64,000 nucleotides of DNA from Saccostrea cucullata (taxonomy: Eukaryota). The position numbers and the translations under genes are program-made. The stretch covers positions 62,001-126,000 of the forward strand of contig NW_026941129.1 in NCBI RefSeq assembly GCF_032062105.1. The letters run 5' to 3'. This document shows, one piece after another, positions 1 to 12,200 of the stretch; position 1 is the first letter of the stretch; each line of letters opens with the position of its first letter. The notes under the pieces are model-generated. The model was not told the origin of the DNA and did no database searches. It saw nothing but the letters and a program-made list of their open reading frames with translations.

Positions 1-1259
1 GGAAGTAAAAGGTAGTTGATTGACCAGTGCTAGAAAGTGGAGAAATTCTCCCCAAAAGTGCTCAAAAAATATTGCTCTGTTAATTGCACCTTTTTGCATT
101 ACAGGTTCTGTTATGGTCAAAGACAAATATATAAACCATAACGCTACAGATCTGCAGCTAACTTTTATGCAGCATACAGTATGTACAAGGTTCTCACCTT
201 GTGTCTTACTAACCTGAGAAAAGATACAATGCAATGACCAAAATGGTATACTGGTATATAAAAAGAACATGCATATATAATATGCTAGTAAGAAAACTAA
301 ATGAATTACATATTATTTTAGGATAGATTTGGTAAGTATTGTTGTATTTGATATGTTTATATTATTTCTTGTTCCTTTTTCTTGTTCAAGTTTATAAATT
401 ATTGTTTTTGTTTTCTGGAGAGTAGTCCAAAATATTGACACTTATGTCACATTTTATCCAAATTTTAATTGAAATAATTCATTTACATAGAAAAATTCTC
501 AGATTTATGGAATTAAGTGATAAGATTAATGATGAAATTACTGAAATCCATTCAATTAATTTTATAAGAAATAATCATCAAACTTGCCATTGATAAAAAA
601 GTACATATTTTGAAAATTTTGTTTATTCATCCTACTACTATCTAAATGACACTTTTAATGTTGAATCTGAGGATTATGAAAAAAAAGTTGGAAAAAAATT
701 GATTAAATTATCATTATAATTATTTCAGTAGAGAAAGACTGGAGTATTATGAACAAATAATATGTAATCAATGCAAGTCCTAAATATTACCTTGACTTAA
801 AACTTGGTATTCTTTATTTGTATTATATAACATGCTATTTAATATTTCAGTGTGACGACAGCGATTCAGAGGAGAGTAGCCATGCTACCCTTTTTGTAAG
901 TTTTTAGATTTGCCTACTTAAAACTTCTCAATTGTATATAAATCTGTTTATGATTATTACCACAATAATAAGAGTAAATGATATTAAGTAGACATGTATT
1001 TATGGAACATGTATACATGTAAGTAATTATAATGATCATATTTCAGAATGCAGATGTTTCCAGGAAAGAAAATGTAGCATCCAGTCCTGACAGTCTAGAC
1101 CTACCAGACCCAGCTTATGATGCAGAAGAGTAATTTCATATATATATTTTTTTTTTTAATTATTCCAATGCTACGAGTTAAACTCTAAGCATCTTTAATA
1201 TAGCCAAGTTTGTGAATCATATATATTTGTAAATAGTCAGAATTTTATCATAATCAGCA

Positions 1260-1500
1260 TTTTAGGTCATCTGAACTGAAAACTTAAGTGAGCTTTTCTC
1301 TCTGATCATTTTTTTTCTGGCGTACATCTGTCTGTCTGTCAATTTTTGTGTGTACAAATTTTCATTGAGTTTTCTCAGCAACTACTCTTCACAGGTGCTT
1401 GAAATTTCATCATAGGCTTTGTTTGGCATGCCATATGGTAGGATTATTTCTGTGCAAATCTGATGTCAATTCCTGTTTATCTGTGTGTCTGTCAACTGTT
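1260..1500 (-). mobile_element. HINE/Helentron-like non-autonomous fragment in transposase intron
   Basis: Terminal 'ttttaggtcatctgaactgaaaacttaagtgagc' followed by (TCTG)n microsatellite, the reverse-orientation layout of bivalve pearl/HINE elements. Confidence 0.45.
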
Positions 1501-2080
1501 TTACTCAAGTGAAAATAATCATAGTTTGAACAATATTTCTTTATAAACTTATCTCGTTTATTCATACTAGACATGTATTCACATCAGAGCGATGTTATCT
1601 TCTTCTTCAAAAGAAAAATTGATCAGAATAGCTGTAGATTATGTGAAAGAATTCTCAAGTAGGATAGATTCAAGTTTGTCAAAATATACATCTTCAAGGG
1701 CAGGTAGGGTTGGGCTCCATTTGGCGTCCAAATTAACATTTAAAAATTTCAAATGTAATGATAGATGGTATAACTTATATGCAAGCATCTAGACTAATTG
1801 TTGATTTCTTAGGCTTATTGTTTAGTTTATAGTCTCTGTAAAATTGTTTGGGGCTGAACAAGGGGTTCAAAGGTTATATACTGTGGTAGATAAACAATTT
1901 TACAAGATCTTCTTCAGAACTGCAATGCTTAATACCTCAAAATGTTATATGACTGTGATATCATCCAAATACAAAATAGGCTCAATATATAACATAAAAA
2001 TATCTTCATAAAAATATTGAAAATCTTTTTAAGGATTCATTTACCAAAATCTAATTAGACTTAGATGTGAAATCCTCCCT

Positions 2081-2272
2081 CATACTCTCTACACTAACAT
2101 TTAACATCCCATAGAGGGTCACGTCAGAGGTCAAATTCTGAAAATCTATAGACTTATTAGCTTCAGTAAATATAAAAATGATTTTGCAGGCAACAATTTG
2201 ATTGGTTGATAGAATTTGACCCCTGACGTGACCCACAATGGGATGTTGTTAGATGTTAGTGTAGCTAGTGTG
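2081..2272. mobile_element. MITE with ~60-bp imperfect terminal inverted repeats
   Basis: catactctctacactaacat...gggtcacgtcagaggtcaaattct pairs with agaatttgacccctgacgtgaccc...atgttagtgtagctagtgtg. Confidence 0.7.
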
Positions 2273-5200
2273 CAAATGGATCTGCGTCTAATTTTAAGAA
2301 GACTGCCTTTACTACATTGTGTACATATTTTGTATACGACTCCATAAAACCTATTTGAGTATTTCTTTTGTTGCTCAGGTGAGTGATGTGGCTCATTGGA
2401 CATTTGTTTTACTAGCTACCTTAATTTCTAAAATAATAATGAAATGTTGAAGAATTTCATTCCTTTTTTCAATACTTGCAGTTGTATAATGTATTTTTCA
2501 ATTTTTTTTTACATCATTTATATTTTTTTCAAGGGATGACCTACCTAAACTGGTAAAACGCAAGTTAAAGAAAACAGGAGTGAAAGAGAGTCCTAACGAA
2601 AAAAAATGGAAAGAAAAAACAGGAGGAGAATTTGTTGGGAGTGCAAAAAGGATCATTTGTCTGGATGAAGAGGGTGATGTCAGAGAGTTTTCAGAGGAAA
2701 CAGCAGAAACTGAAGTTGAGACCATTAGTCTTGATGAATATGATAAAGAGCAAACTGTTGGAGAGATTTCTGATATATATGGGCCTTTGTCATCTGATGA
2801 AGAAGAAAATGTAACAGAATTCTTTAAAGACTTTCCAATTTTCTCAAGAAAAATTGGTGGATATGGAGCTGCAGAAATCATCGATGTTCTGATGAAAGTA
2901 GACAACTATACTCAATATGTATGTCCAACTGTTCCTTTACAGTGTGAAGAGAATGCCACTTTCTTTTGATCAGTTGATACTGATAAACTGAGAAAATTTT
3001 CAGATCTGACTGTGGATGACAATGGGCTCTGGAAAAGGCCATCAGGATCAAATTTGTATCTTACAAAGACAGAACGAGGTTATAAGTCCAGCAGACAAAT
3101 TACTCAATCATATGATTTTCAGCTCAGGAAAAGCTACTATGTCCATGCTGGGACTCCAGATTTCCACAAAATTGTCTACACTATAAGAAACTCAGAAGTA
3201 CACAACCTCAGACATGCAATTATACAGTATTATTTCCAAGATGGAAAAGTTGTTCCTGTCTTAAAAAATGTTCCACATGGAAATTCTAAGAAAGAAAATC
3301 CTTTCATTAGAACAAAACCAAGTGCAATTGCAGAAATGAAGAACAAATCTGTTTATATGCAGCCCAAGAAAGTTGTTGCAGATGTGTTCAATGAGAAAGG
3401 AGGATCGTTGAACTTCAAATCACCATCAGATATACCTAGAGACAGAACTCAAATTTACAACATTAACAGAAGCAACCCTAGAAAATACCAGACTGGTGGA
3501 AAATGTACTACTAATTTTGATGCCATTATCAAGATGTCTGTTGAGGGCAATTTTGCTCGAAGTTTTGAAATGAAAGAAAATGGTCATGCCAGGTGCTTCC
3601 TTGCAACAGATCAGCAACTCCTTGGTGTGAAAAAATTTTGCTGCAGTTCAGATTCCATTTTAGGCATAGATCAAACATTTGATCTTGGAGGATTTTACCT
3701 TACATGTACCACTTACAGACACCCTATGTTTGTCATCAGAGATAGTGGCAGACACCCTCTTTTACTCGGTCCATGTATGATGCATCTTAAACGAGAAACC
3801 AGTGACTATGAATACTTCGGCAAAACACTCTCTGGATATATTAAAGATGACGTTGTAAATGTATGGGGATCAGATGGAGAAAAAGCCCTCATAAATGGCC
3901 TTCAAAAAAGTAACGCTTTTCAAGGAATCCATCTAATTTGTGAGATACATGCCCGAGAAAACTGTGAAAGAAAGCTTAAGTCATTAAACTTTAAAGAACC
4001 TCACATAAATTTATTTTTGAATGAGATATATGGACAGCAGCATGGGAACAAACGCATTGGAGGGCTCATTGACTGTGAAACAGAGGCTGATTTTGATTCA
4101 TCCCTCATCAATTTGGGCAGGAAGTGGGATGCAATTGAAGTTACCGAAACTGGAAGAAAACCCCCTGAGTTTTTTACTTGGTTCAAGAAATTCAAAGCCG
4201 AAGAGTGTAAAAGAAACCTTTTAAAACCAATCAGAACAGCAGCAGGGCTAGGATTTCCTCCTATAAGATATACAAACAACAACAACGAGGCAATTAATAG
4301 TGTGCTGAAGCGTGAAGTTGACTATAAAAAACAGTCCTGGGAGAACATGGCGGTGTCTCTGCAAAACATTATCCACACTCAGTATCAAGAATTGGAGAAA
4401 GGAGTGTTCAATGTTGGGGAATATAGGCTGCATAAGGATTATAATCATCTCTCCGTATCAACACTTAACTGGTCTCAGTTAAACAAAGACCAAAAACAGG
4501 ACAAGCTTGCCAAAGTATTCAGGTATAATGCAGAAGTTACTGAATTGCCAACTCACCATATACCTTCAGTCCTTTCCGAAACATACAATTCCCTGACTGG
4601 TACGATCTACAAAGCTCATGAACTAAGAGATGTCTGGAGAAAAGCAGGTCTTCTTGCAGGAGACAAGTCCATATTCACTAAACTTTCATCAAACAAAACA
4701 TGTATAGACTGTAGTGAAAATGTGTACATTGTAGAGGGAAATGAAGAAATGGATTGGTTTACATGTACTTGCACTGGGAGTCACAAATGTCAGAACTTTG
4801 ATAAGTTTGGAGTATTCTGTGAACACACTATTGCAGCAAGTGAATTCCGGGGATCTTTGCAAAAGTATATACAAGAAATTAAAAAGTGTTCTGAAAAAGT
4901 GTCTCTTGATGCCCTGCTTGAGAAACATACCAAGAAATCTGGGAAAAAAGGGTCCAGAAAGGGAAAAAATGATCCCCATACCAGACCTGTGATTACATCA
5001 TCAGTGCCACTTTTCACTGAACCTTTCCACAATGAGGATGAATTTGAAGTAAATTTCCTAAAAGATGAAAAAAGAGCCAAAAGATGTGCTGCATGTGGTG
5101 TAGATTTTCCAAAATCTGTAGTAGTTCAACCATTTGATCTTGTAATGCAGCATCCAGAGCGATACCTATATCCGCAGAAAAACCAAGGTGAAACTGAATG

Positions 5201-6436
5201 GGTGTACACAGCTCAAAAAAAGAGAGCCACATTCTATCACTGTGCGCCAGAGTGCATTCTAAAGCGACATCCCCATTTCACAATTGATAAAATAAAGATT
5301 CCTGAAAATGTTAGATCTAAACTGAAGCCATGCCACATAAAAATGCTCCAGTCTCATTTTAACATGGATTTGTAAGGCACTGTAATCAACTAAAAATTTT
5401 GTTCTGTATATAACGTTCTGATTTACTTTTAATTGAAAATGCTTTTCTTTGTTATAGAATTCTTGTTTTATTACTAATTCAGAAGGACACAAGATTGATA
5501 TTTTTTACTCTTGCAGTTTTATTTCTTGTGACAAGACTGTCTTTGGGAATGGTTACTATGAACTAAGAATCTAGTCAATCTGATGTAAACTTTATGTTGC
5601 TCAAAACAAAGTTATGTTTGTATTTTTTGTTCTCTTTGTTTGGATAAGATTTTTGTGCTTTTTTTCTTTTTTGGCAATGTTTGGTTTATCATAAATAAAA
5701 GAGAAAGTTTAAATGCTTGTGGGTTTTTTTTTTATTCTTGGTCTGTAATTAATAATACACTGGTTTTATCAATTTTCATTGGCATCAATTTTTGTGCTAT
5801 CAGCAAATGATTCAGTATTTAGATCATCATAAAACTTTTGATATGCTTCTTACTTTAACGAACATCTAATTCTACTTTAATTTTCACTCTGCAAAACACA
5901 AAAATTAATGTTAAAGGAATGTTGATGGAACCCAATGTACATGTATTTTGATATTGGGAATTTTAATGACAGAGATGAGTGGTTGAGAAGACTACAATAC
6001 AGGAGAGGACAAATAGATCTCTAAGGCACTTTTCCAAGGGCAAGTACATATAGTAAAAATTCACTTGCCCTACCTAATTTGTTGCCCTACCATAAATAAT
6101 ACTGTAGTTATAAATATTTCAAAATAGGAAGACAAATACTAAGTAGATCATGTAGGCCCATATGCCCAGCTGTAACTAAAGCCCCCCCCCCCCTTCTTCA
6201 AATAAAGACGGTAATTTTAGTAATAGAATTATCTATAATATGTAACAAGGAATCTTTGTCAAACATAGATACCAATGTATTGCAGCTTATTGTCCTAATA
6301 ATTAAGTCTCTTAAAAGGAGGTTAAACTCAACAGTCTAGGGTCTTTCTGTAACACCAGTAAACTTTTGTCTTACATAAAGAAAATTTATAAAAACCAAAG
6401 CACTAAATATTTTTTAAATGCTATTAATGTTTGGAG

Positions 6437-6471
<35 letters not shown>

Positions 6472-6729
6472 TCGAAAGTAGGTAAATATTTATGGATCCA
6501 CCTAACAAAAAAATACAATCGGGTTCGGGCTGTCGACTTGAGTATAAGCGATAATGCTTAAATAAAGAAAATCCAGGTCATCTGAGTGTTTTAATACAGG
6601 GAGAAAATACTTTTGTGATATTGGGACGAGATTGACGCGCTGGTGCGCCGACGCGCCGAATACAATTAGCCGAAAAATACTTAAGCAGTTGGGAATTGAA
6701 ACTTTATAACAGCAAAAAATAGAATAATG

Positions 6730-7714
6730 ATCCTTGATTAAGTCTTTCTATGTTCTTAGTGTAGTCTACTTGCATGCTACATTATATTATAATCAGACTA
6801 AAACCGTATTTGAGTGGTATTTTGAAAGTATTAAACAGAAATTTCTATTTTTAGTAACCAAAGGCAATGATATTCATCGAAGTCTAAAACTGATACACAG
6901 AATTGTGTATCTTAGTGTAGTCTACTTGTGTGCAAACCTACATTGAAATCAGTCCAAAACTGTAGGAGACGTAGCATTTTAAAAGAATTTCACAGAAATT
7001 TCTATTTTTAGCAACCACGGCAACACTGTTCATCGAAATCAAAAACCGATACACAGAATTGTGTATCTTAGTTAAGTCTATTAAGTATTTGTGTGCCAAG
7101 TTATATTGAAATCAGTCCAAAACTGTAGGAGGAGTAGCATTTTGAAAGAATTTCACGGAAATTTCTATTCTTAGTAACCACGGCAACACCGTTTATCGAA
7201 ATCAAAAACCGATATACAGAATTATGTATCTTAGTGTAGTCTACTTGTGTGCCAAGTTATATTGAAATCAGTCCAAACTGTAGGAGAAGTAGCATTTTGA
7301 AAGAATTTCACAGAAATTTCTATTTTTAGTAAGCATGGCAACACTGTTCATCGAAATCAAAAACCGATACATAGAATTATGTATCTTAGTGTAGTCTACT
7401 TGTGTGCCAAGTTATATTGAAATTAGACCAAAACTGTAGGAGGAGTAGCATTTTGAAAGAATTTCACAGAAATTTCTATTTTTAGTAACCAGGGCAACAC
7501 CGTTCATCGAAATCAAAAAACCGATATACAGAATTATGTGTCTTAGTGTAGTCTACTTGTGTGCCAAGTTATACTGAAATTAGACCAAAACTGTAGGAGG
7601 AGTAGCATTTTGAAAAATTGTTTACAGACAGACAGACAGACGGACGGACGGACGCCGGACGCATTACTATCGCATTTATAAGCTCTTCTGGTCTCTGACC
7701 AGTAGAGCTAAAAA
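6730..7714 (+). mobile_element. HINE/pearl-like (Helentron-associated) element with ~6 x 155-bp core tandem repeats
   Basis: Unit 'cttagtgtagtctacttgtgtgccaagttatattgaaatcagtccaaaactgtagg...' recurs at ~155-165 bp spacing, followed by (GACA)n(GACG)n at 7626-7660, a terminal hairpin ctcttctggtc-tct-gaccagtagag and an A-run. Confidence 0.8.
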
Positions 7715-7794
7715 TTACAAAACATAAATTCCAGATTTTTTCCCCATCAAATTGGTTTTAGAAGAGGTGTATAAATCCATATATAGACATTTAA

Positions 7795-8718
7795 GGTAGG
7801 ACACAATAGATAGGCCAAATTTTTCCTCAAATTCAATTTTTCTGAAACTTTGATATTTTGTTCTAGGACACTAAATCTCTCTTAATACATAATATGAAAG
7901 AAATTCATCCGCACATATTTTGCCCACATTGTCTGAAATATGGCCTATCAGACCCCTGTAGGACTTGACAATGAGCCTTATTTTAGAATCATTAATTGAT
8001 CTATTGCAAGTTTGTGTTATAATTTTGATCAATATAACCTTTTTGTTACTTTAACTTAGTAAGTCATATTGATACTGGACGATTTGAGAAAAATGTTAAG
8101 TAAAAATAGAACATACATAGCGTCGGAATTGAAAATGCACATGTAAATATCCTACACTTAAAGTTTTCCAAAGAAAAAATGTATAATTCAATTTTTGCAA
8201 AAAATTAACAGAATGGTTAAAATGGGTCCCAGAAAAAAATATGTAAAAATAAAGAAAATTGAACCGGTGGTTTCTGATGTTTTGGCGATTAAAAAAATTC
8301 AAATGGCAAAAAAAAATACAAGATTCAGTAGATGACGTCACAATATTTGACCTTTGACCTCTTGATATGACCTTGACCTTTAGAGTACACAAAGAACAGA
8401 GACACCTTATATCTGTGTCCAAATATAAGCCCTCTACTTTTTATTGAACAAAAGTTACACTGCATTTTATATCAGACTGTTACATGCTTGTTTATTGCAC
8501 TTAGATAGCGTAAACACATTCCAAAATGTAAAGTCCCAAGTGACCAACATATAGGATTCTCTGATTTTTTCACAAAATATGACGCAATCATGACAAAACT
8601 TGTTATTTTTCTTACAGGGGTCATTCATTGTTGTCAATGTAGTAATATTATTCTTTTTTTTCTCCAGTATTTTTTAAGAAATTAGTAAAAATAGAATCCA
8701 AGGGTGTTTTGTACTACC
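7795..8718. mobile_element. Non-autonomous TTAA-targeting DNA transposon (Kolobok-type)
   Basis: TTAA at 7791-7794 and 8719-8722; TIR GGTAGGACACAA / TTTTGTACTACC (2 mismatches); RR termini; no ORF. Confidence 0.7.
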
Positions 8719-8799
8719 TTAAAGTATGGCACACTGGTCCTTCATTTAGTGGAACTCTTCAACTCCAGGGAAGAACCCAATAATGTTCAAACTACGTTG

Positions 8800-8945
8800 T
8801 GTATGATTTAAGGTCATATACGAAAGACCCATGACTTTCACCTCTAATGCCGAGCGCTTAGCGAAGGAACAGTCTCTACCTTGTTTACGTCTTACGTTTG
8901 ACGCGGCGCCGAGAATCGAACCCGGGCCTCCCGATTACGAAGCGT
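8800..8945 (-). mobile_element. tRNA-derived SINE fragment
   Basis: gagaatcgaacccgggcctccc is the reverse complement of a Pol III B-box (GGTTCGATTC); the same motif occurs at 46603-46623. Confidence 0.55.
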
Positions 8946-9271
8946 TATGGCTATGGATAATGTTTAAAAGATAGTTTTGGTAAAAGAGGGGCTCAAATTC
9001 CAAAGTTTAGGTCACGAGGTCAAATTGCATGGCACCCAAAGAGAGGTCTTGTCACAAGGAATACACCTGTGGAATATATGATCCATCCATTATGTTATGG
9101 ACAAAGTTAACGTTTTTGCAGACGAACATATAAACATGCAAACAGACAGACGGACAAAACCTATATATCACCGAATTTTCGATTACGGGAACATAAAGAA
9201 TAAAGACTAATATTATTTTATGCTTGTGCTCTATTGCATATGTGTCTCGATCAAAACATACATGCCATGTA

Positions 9272-12200
9272 CCTTCAAACACTCTATTGCTGACCAGTTT
9301 GGCGTAGTCTCCGGTGACTCGAGGTGACGATGTTTCTATGTACTTGTAGTAGGTACCGGCTTTAGCGCCATCAGGACCGGTGTTAACAGAACCAGTCGGT
9401 CCCTGTAAATTGGAGGACAAATATCAACTATAATCGTATACATGTATATGTACTAACAAGGCGCACCGAAAGTATTCAGTGGAGTTTCATTTATGCGGAC
9501 GCTTTGTTCCTAGTCAATTTATCCCGATATGTGAAGCGTCTGGATACCTAAATTACCAGTTAAATAAGACAAAATAACATTAAACAAGATGTGTTTGTGA
9601 AACACTATGCGCCCGGCGGCAAACAAATTTCAAAGAAACTATTTTTAGCATATAGGTCACTTTGAAGGTCATGGTCATTGACCTTGGTATCATTTGAAAG
9701 AAATCGATTTGTTAAATACGCATACCAAATATACGCATACCAAATATGAAGTCTCTATCTCTCATGTTAGAAGTTAAAAGTTATGGTGAAGGTTCAAAAA
9801 ACTATTTTTAGCATATAGGTCACAGTCAAGGTCACAAAGTCATTGACCTTGGTGACATTTGAAAGAGCTTTATTAGTGGAATACAGTGTATGCATACCAA
9901 ATATGAAGTCTCTACCTTTCATGGTTAAAAAGTTATGGCGAAGGATAAAGTTTGCAGACAGACAGACAAACAGTCGGACGGGACAAAAAAAAATATACGT
10001 CCCGGATCTATCGATACGGGCGCATACAAATTCCGTTCCGACGAAAAATCGTCCGAATACTGAAGCGCCATGATATCTGAAGGTCCACTGTATTTAAACC
10101 CTTAGGTTTTGTGTACACATGACCGTGGGAAGCGAGGGAGCGGCACTGGGCTCCGTGTCCTCAATAATCTTGCCGATATAAAGTTAAATGTGTACTATAG
10201 ATAACATACAGTATACTTTAGAAAATACATAGTAATACTATAGAAAAGACTGCTGCCATATGCTTGTGTTCCCTTAATCAAAACGTCTGATGACTTCTTT
10301 TTTTTTATTTTGCTTGTTAAAGAATATTTCAATTGGTAGCTCCAACTGATATATATGGCTCCCCCCACCCCTTAGATAAAATTGTTTTGTAACTTAACTT
10401 AAAAAATTACAACATAATAAGGTACTAGTTTACATGTTGAACATTTTGCATCCGACTCCCCTTATATTAATAAATTCATAATTTACAACATGATGAAATT
10501 TCAACATTCTTCAGATGATTATTTACCAATTTCCTCATCCAGTTGAAAATATCATCTGTTGCCTCTGTCAGAAAACACGATGGTTCTGGAGCTATCTCAA
10601 AGTCACACAGATCTAGAAATTGACAAAGAAGTATAAAGTTCTCTTAAAATATTGATGAAACATCCATTACAATCGGATCGATTGATTTTATGTTGTTTAA
10701 CAATTTTCACTTATATGTAGACGTCAGCACTCGCCGATGGAAAGCTACAAATTTTGTCCTTTATTCGGTACTCAAGGCGATCGAGCACTGTGGAACTTTT
10801 TCGTGCCAGTACCTACTGCGATACGGGACCTCGCTTTATACGCTCTCACCCGATTGGCGAAGGATCGGTCTCAACGTCCCCCAGTGGGATTCGACGGTTT
10901 GGACCTCGAACGTAAAGATTGATTAATTGATTGTATACTGTTTAACGTCCCTCTTCAGAATATTTCACTGATATGGAGACGTCACCATTGCCGGTGAAGG
11001 GCTGCAAATTTAGGCCTTTGCTCGGCACTTAGGGCCTTTGAGCAGGGAGGGATCTTTATCGTGCCAGACCTGCTGTGACACGTGGCCTCGGTTTATACCG
11101 TCTCATCCGAAGGACCGCCCCGTTTAGTCGCCTTTTTCGACAAGCAAGGGGTACTGAGGACCTATTCTAACCCGGATCCCCACGGGGACGTAAGGATTTC
11201 AATCCTTACCTCGCGACTTCGGAACAGCCTCTCTTACCTGTGCCCCACGCGGGCGATCATATATAATCGGGAACTACAACCTAAACTCTATACATGTAAT
11301 ATATTTATAAAGCTTTACTACATTAAAAGGTCCAGTATGAGAAGAAACTCATGAAATTAGGGAAATAAAAATCCTAGCTGTGACCAAATTGTGTTTGCCA
11401 TACAATCATGTAATAATTAAGGTAGGATTACCCTGTCAACAAGTTTTAGTTATATGTGTATGCTACATTGTATTATCTTTGTAGGTCCAAATTTGAAGCA
11501 AGTTATGGCGGATCTTGCTGTAAGGGTTTTAATTTATTTTTGGGTGGGGGTCTCGATCCCTTCTGGGTTTTTTTCAGGGTACTAGAAGAAAAAAAACATG
11601 TATATTATTATAGAATTAAACTATAATATAAGCAAAGAAAATATAACCTGGCTTCTCCGTCTTCCATTTTTTTCTAAGTGTACGATTTCGGTACGGAATC
11701 CCCCCCCCCCTCCTTCGGAAACTATTTCCTCTATTAGATGTTAATGTAGTCCTTGCATAGTTACTAATTGTGAAGGGTATGTGAGCATGTACGTACCATA
11801 CACATGTAGGTCGCCATTTTTTCCACTGTTTTATCTATGGGTAACTTATACGGTAACTACCACATAAATTATAAAGTTAGGATGATATCTTATTAATGAT
11901 TAATATATGAAAAAACATGTGTATTTGTGTAATAGATTTTGTCCGTGATCTTCATTCTAAATGTGGAAATCTACCAGCATATTTGAGTTCATCTCATAAT
12001 ATGCGTCGTTATCTAAGCTCTATATATCCTTTGATTATATGTCATCATTCACCTCCTTTTTGTGAAAAATTAATAAATGAGATAAGCCGGAATTTATTTA
12101 TCCATCCATGCAGTGTCAGTACGTAGTTACTAGGTTTACGGGTTATCTCCCCTTTTCTATGCATCAATGAAAGTGAAAGGTGGGTGATGAAAGTATCCGA

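Larger units (their letters stand above)
851..5375 (+). mobile_element. Mutator-like (MULE/MuDR) DDE transposase gene, spliced, with one in-frame TGA (probable pseudogene)
   Basis: Phase-consistent exons 851-895, 1047-1129 and 2534-5375 (GT-AG). ORFs 2580-2969 and 3012-5375 share a frame and are separated by TGA at 2967-2969. Motifs: IDQTFDLGGFYLT (D1), GSDGEKAL (D2), HLICEIH (CxxH), TNNNNEAIN (E), SWIM-like CTC...CEH, C-terminal CxxC...HxxxxC zinc finger. The 5' part and termini are not resolved. Confidence 0.8.

Noticed and set aside
2967-2969. Selenocysteine TGA in the transposase
   Set aside because: No SECIS recognised and the position is not in a Cys-type motif; insertion or decay is simpler.
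3426-5232. Short antisense and alternate-frame ORFs over the transposase
   Set aside because: Shadow ORFs with no recognisable motifs.
6730-7620. Regular repeat array as a CRISPR locus
   Set aside because: Units are contiguous 155-bp tandem copies without unique spacers, in eukaryotic DNA with no cas genes.
8900-8945. tRNA gene
   Set aside because: B-box only, no cloverleaf; embedded in SINE body.
11238-11280. Apparent minus-strand exon (AG...GT) of the PAN/MAM gene
   Set aside because: Has a stop in the required frame and overlaps the 5' end of a SINE.
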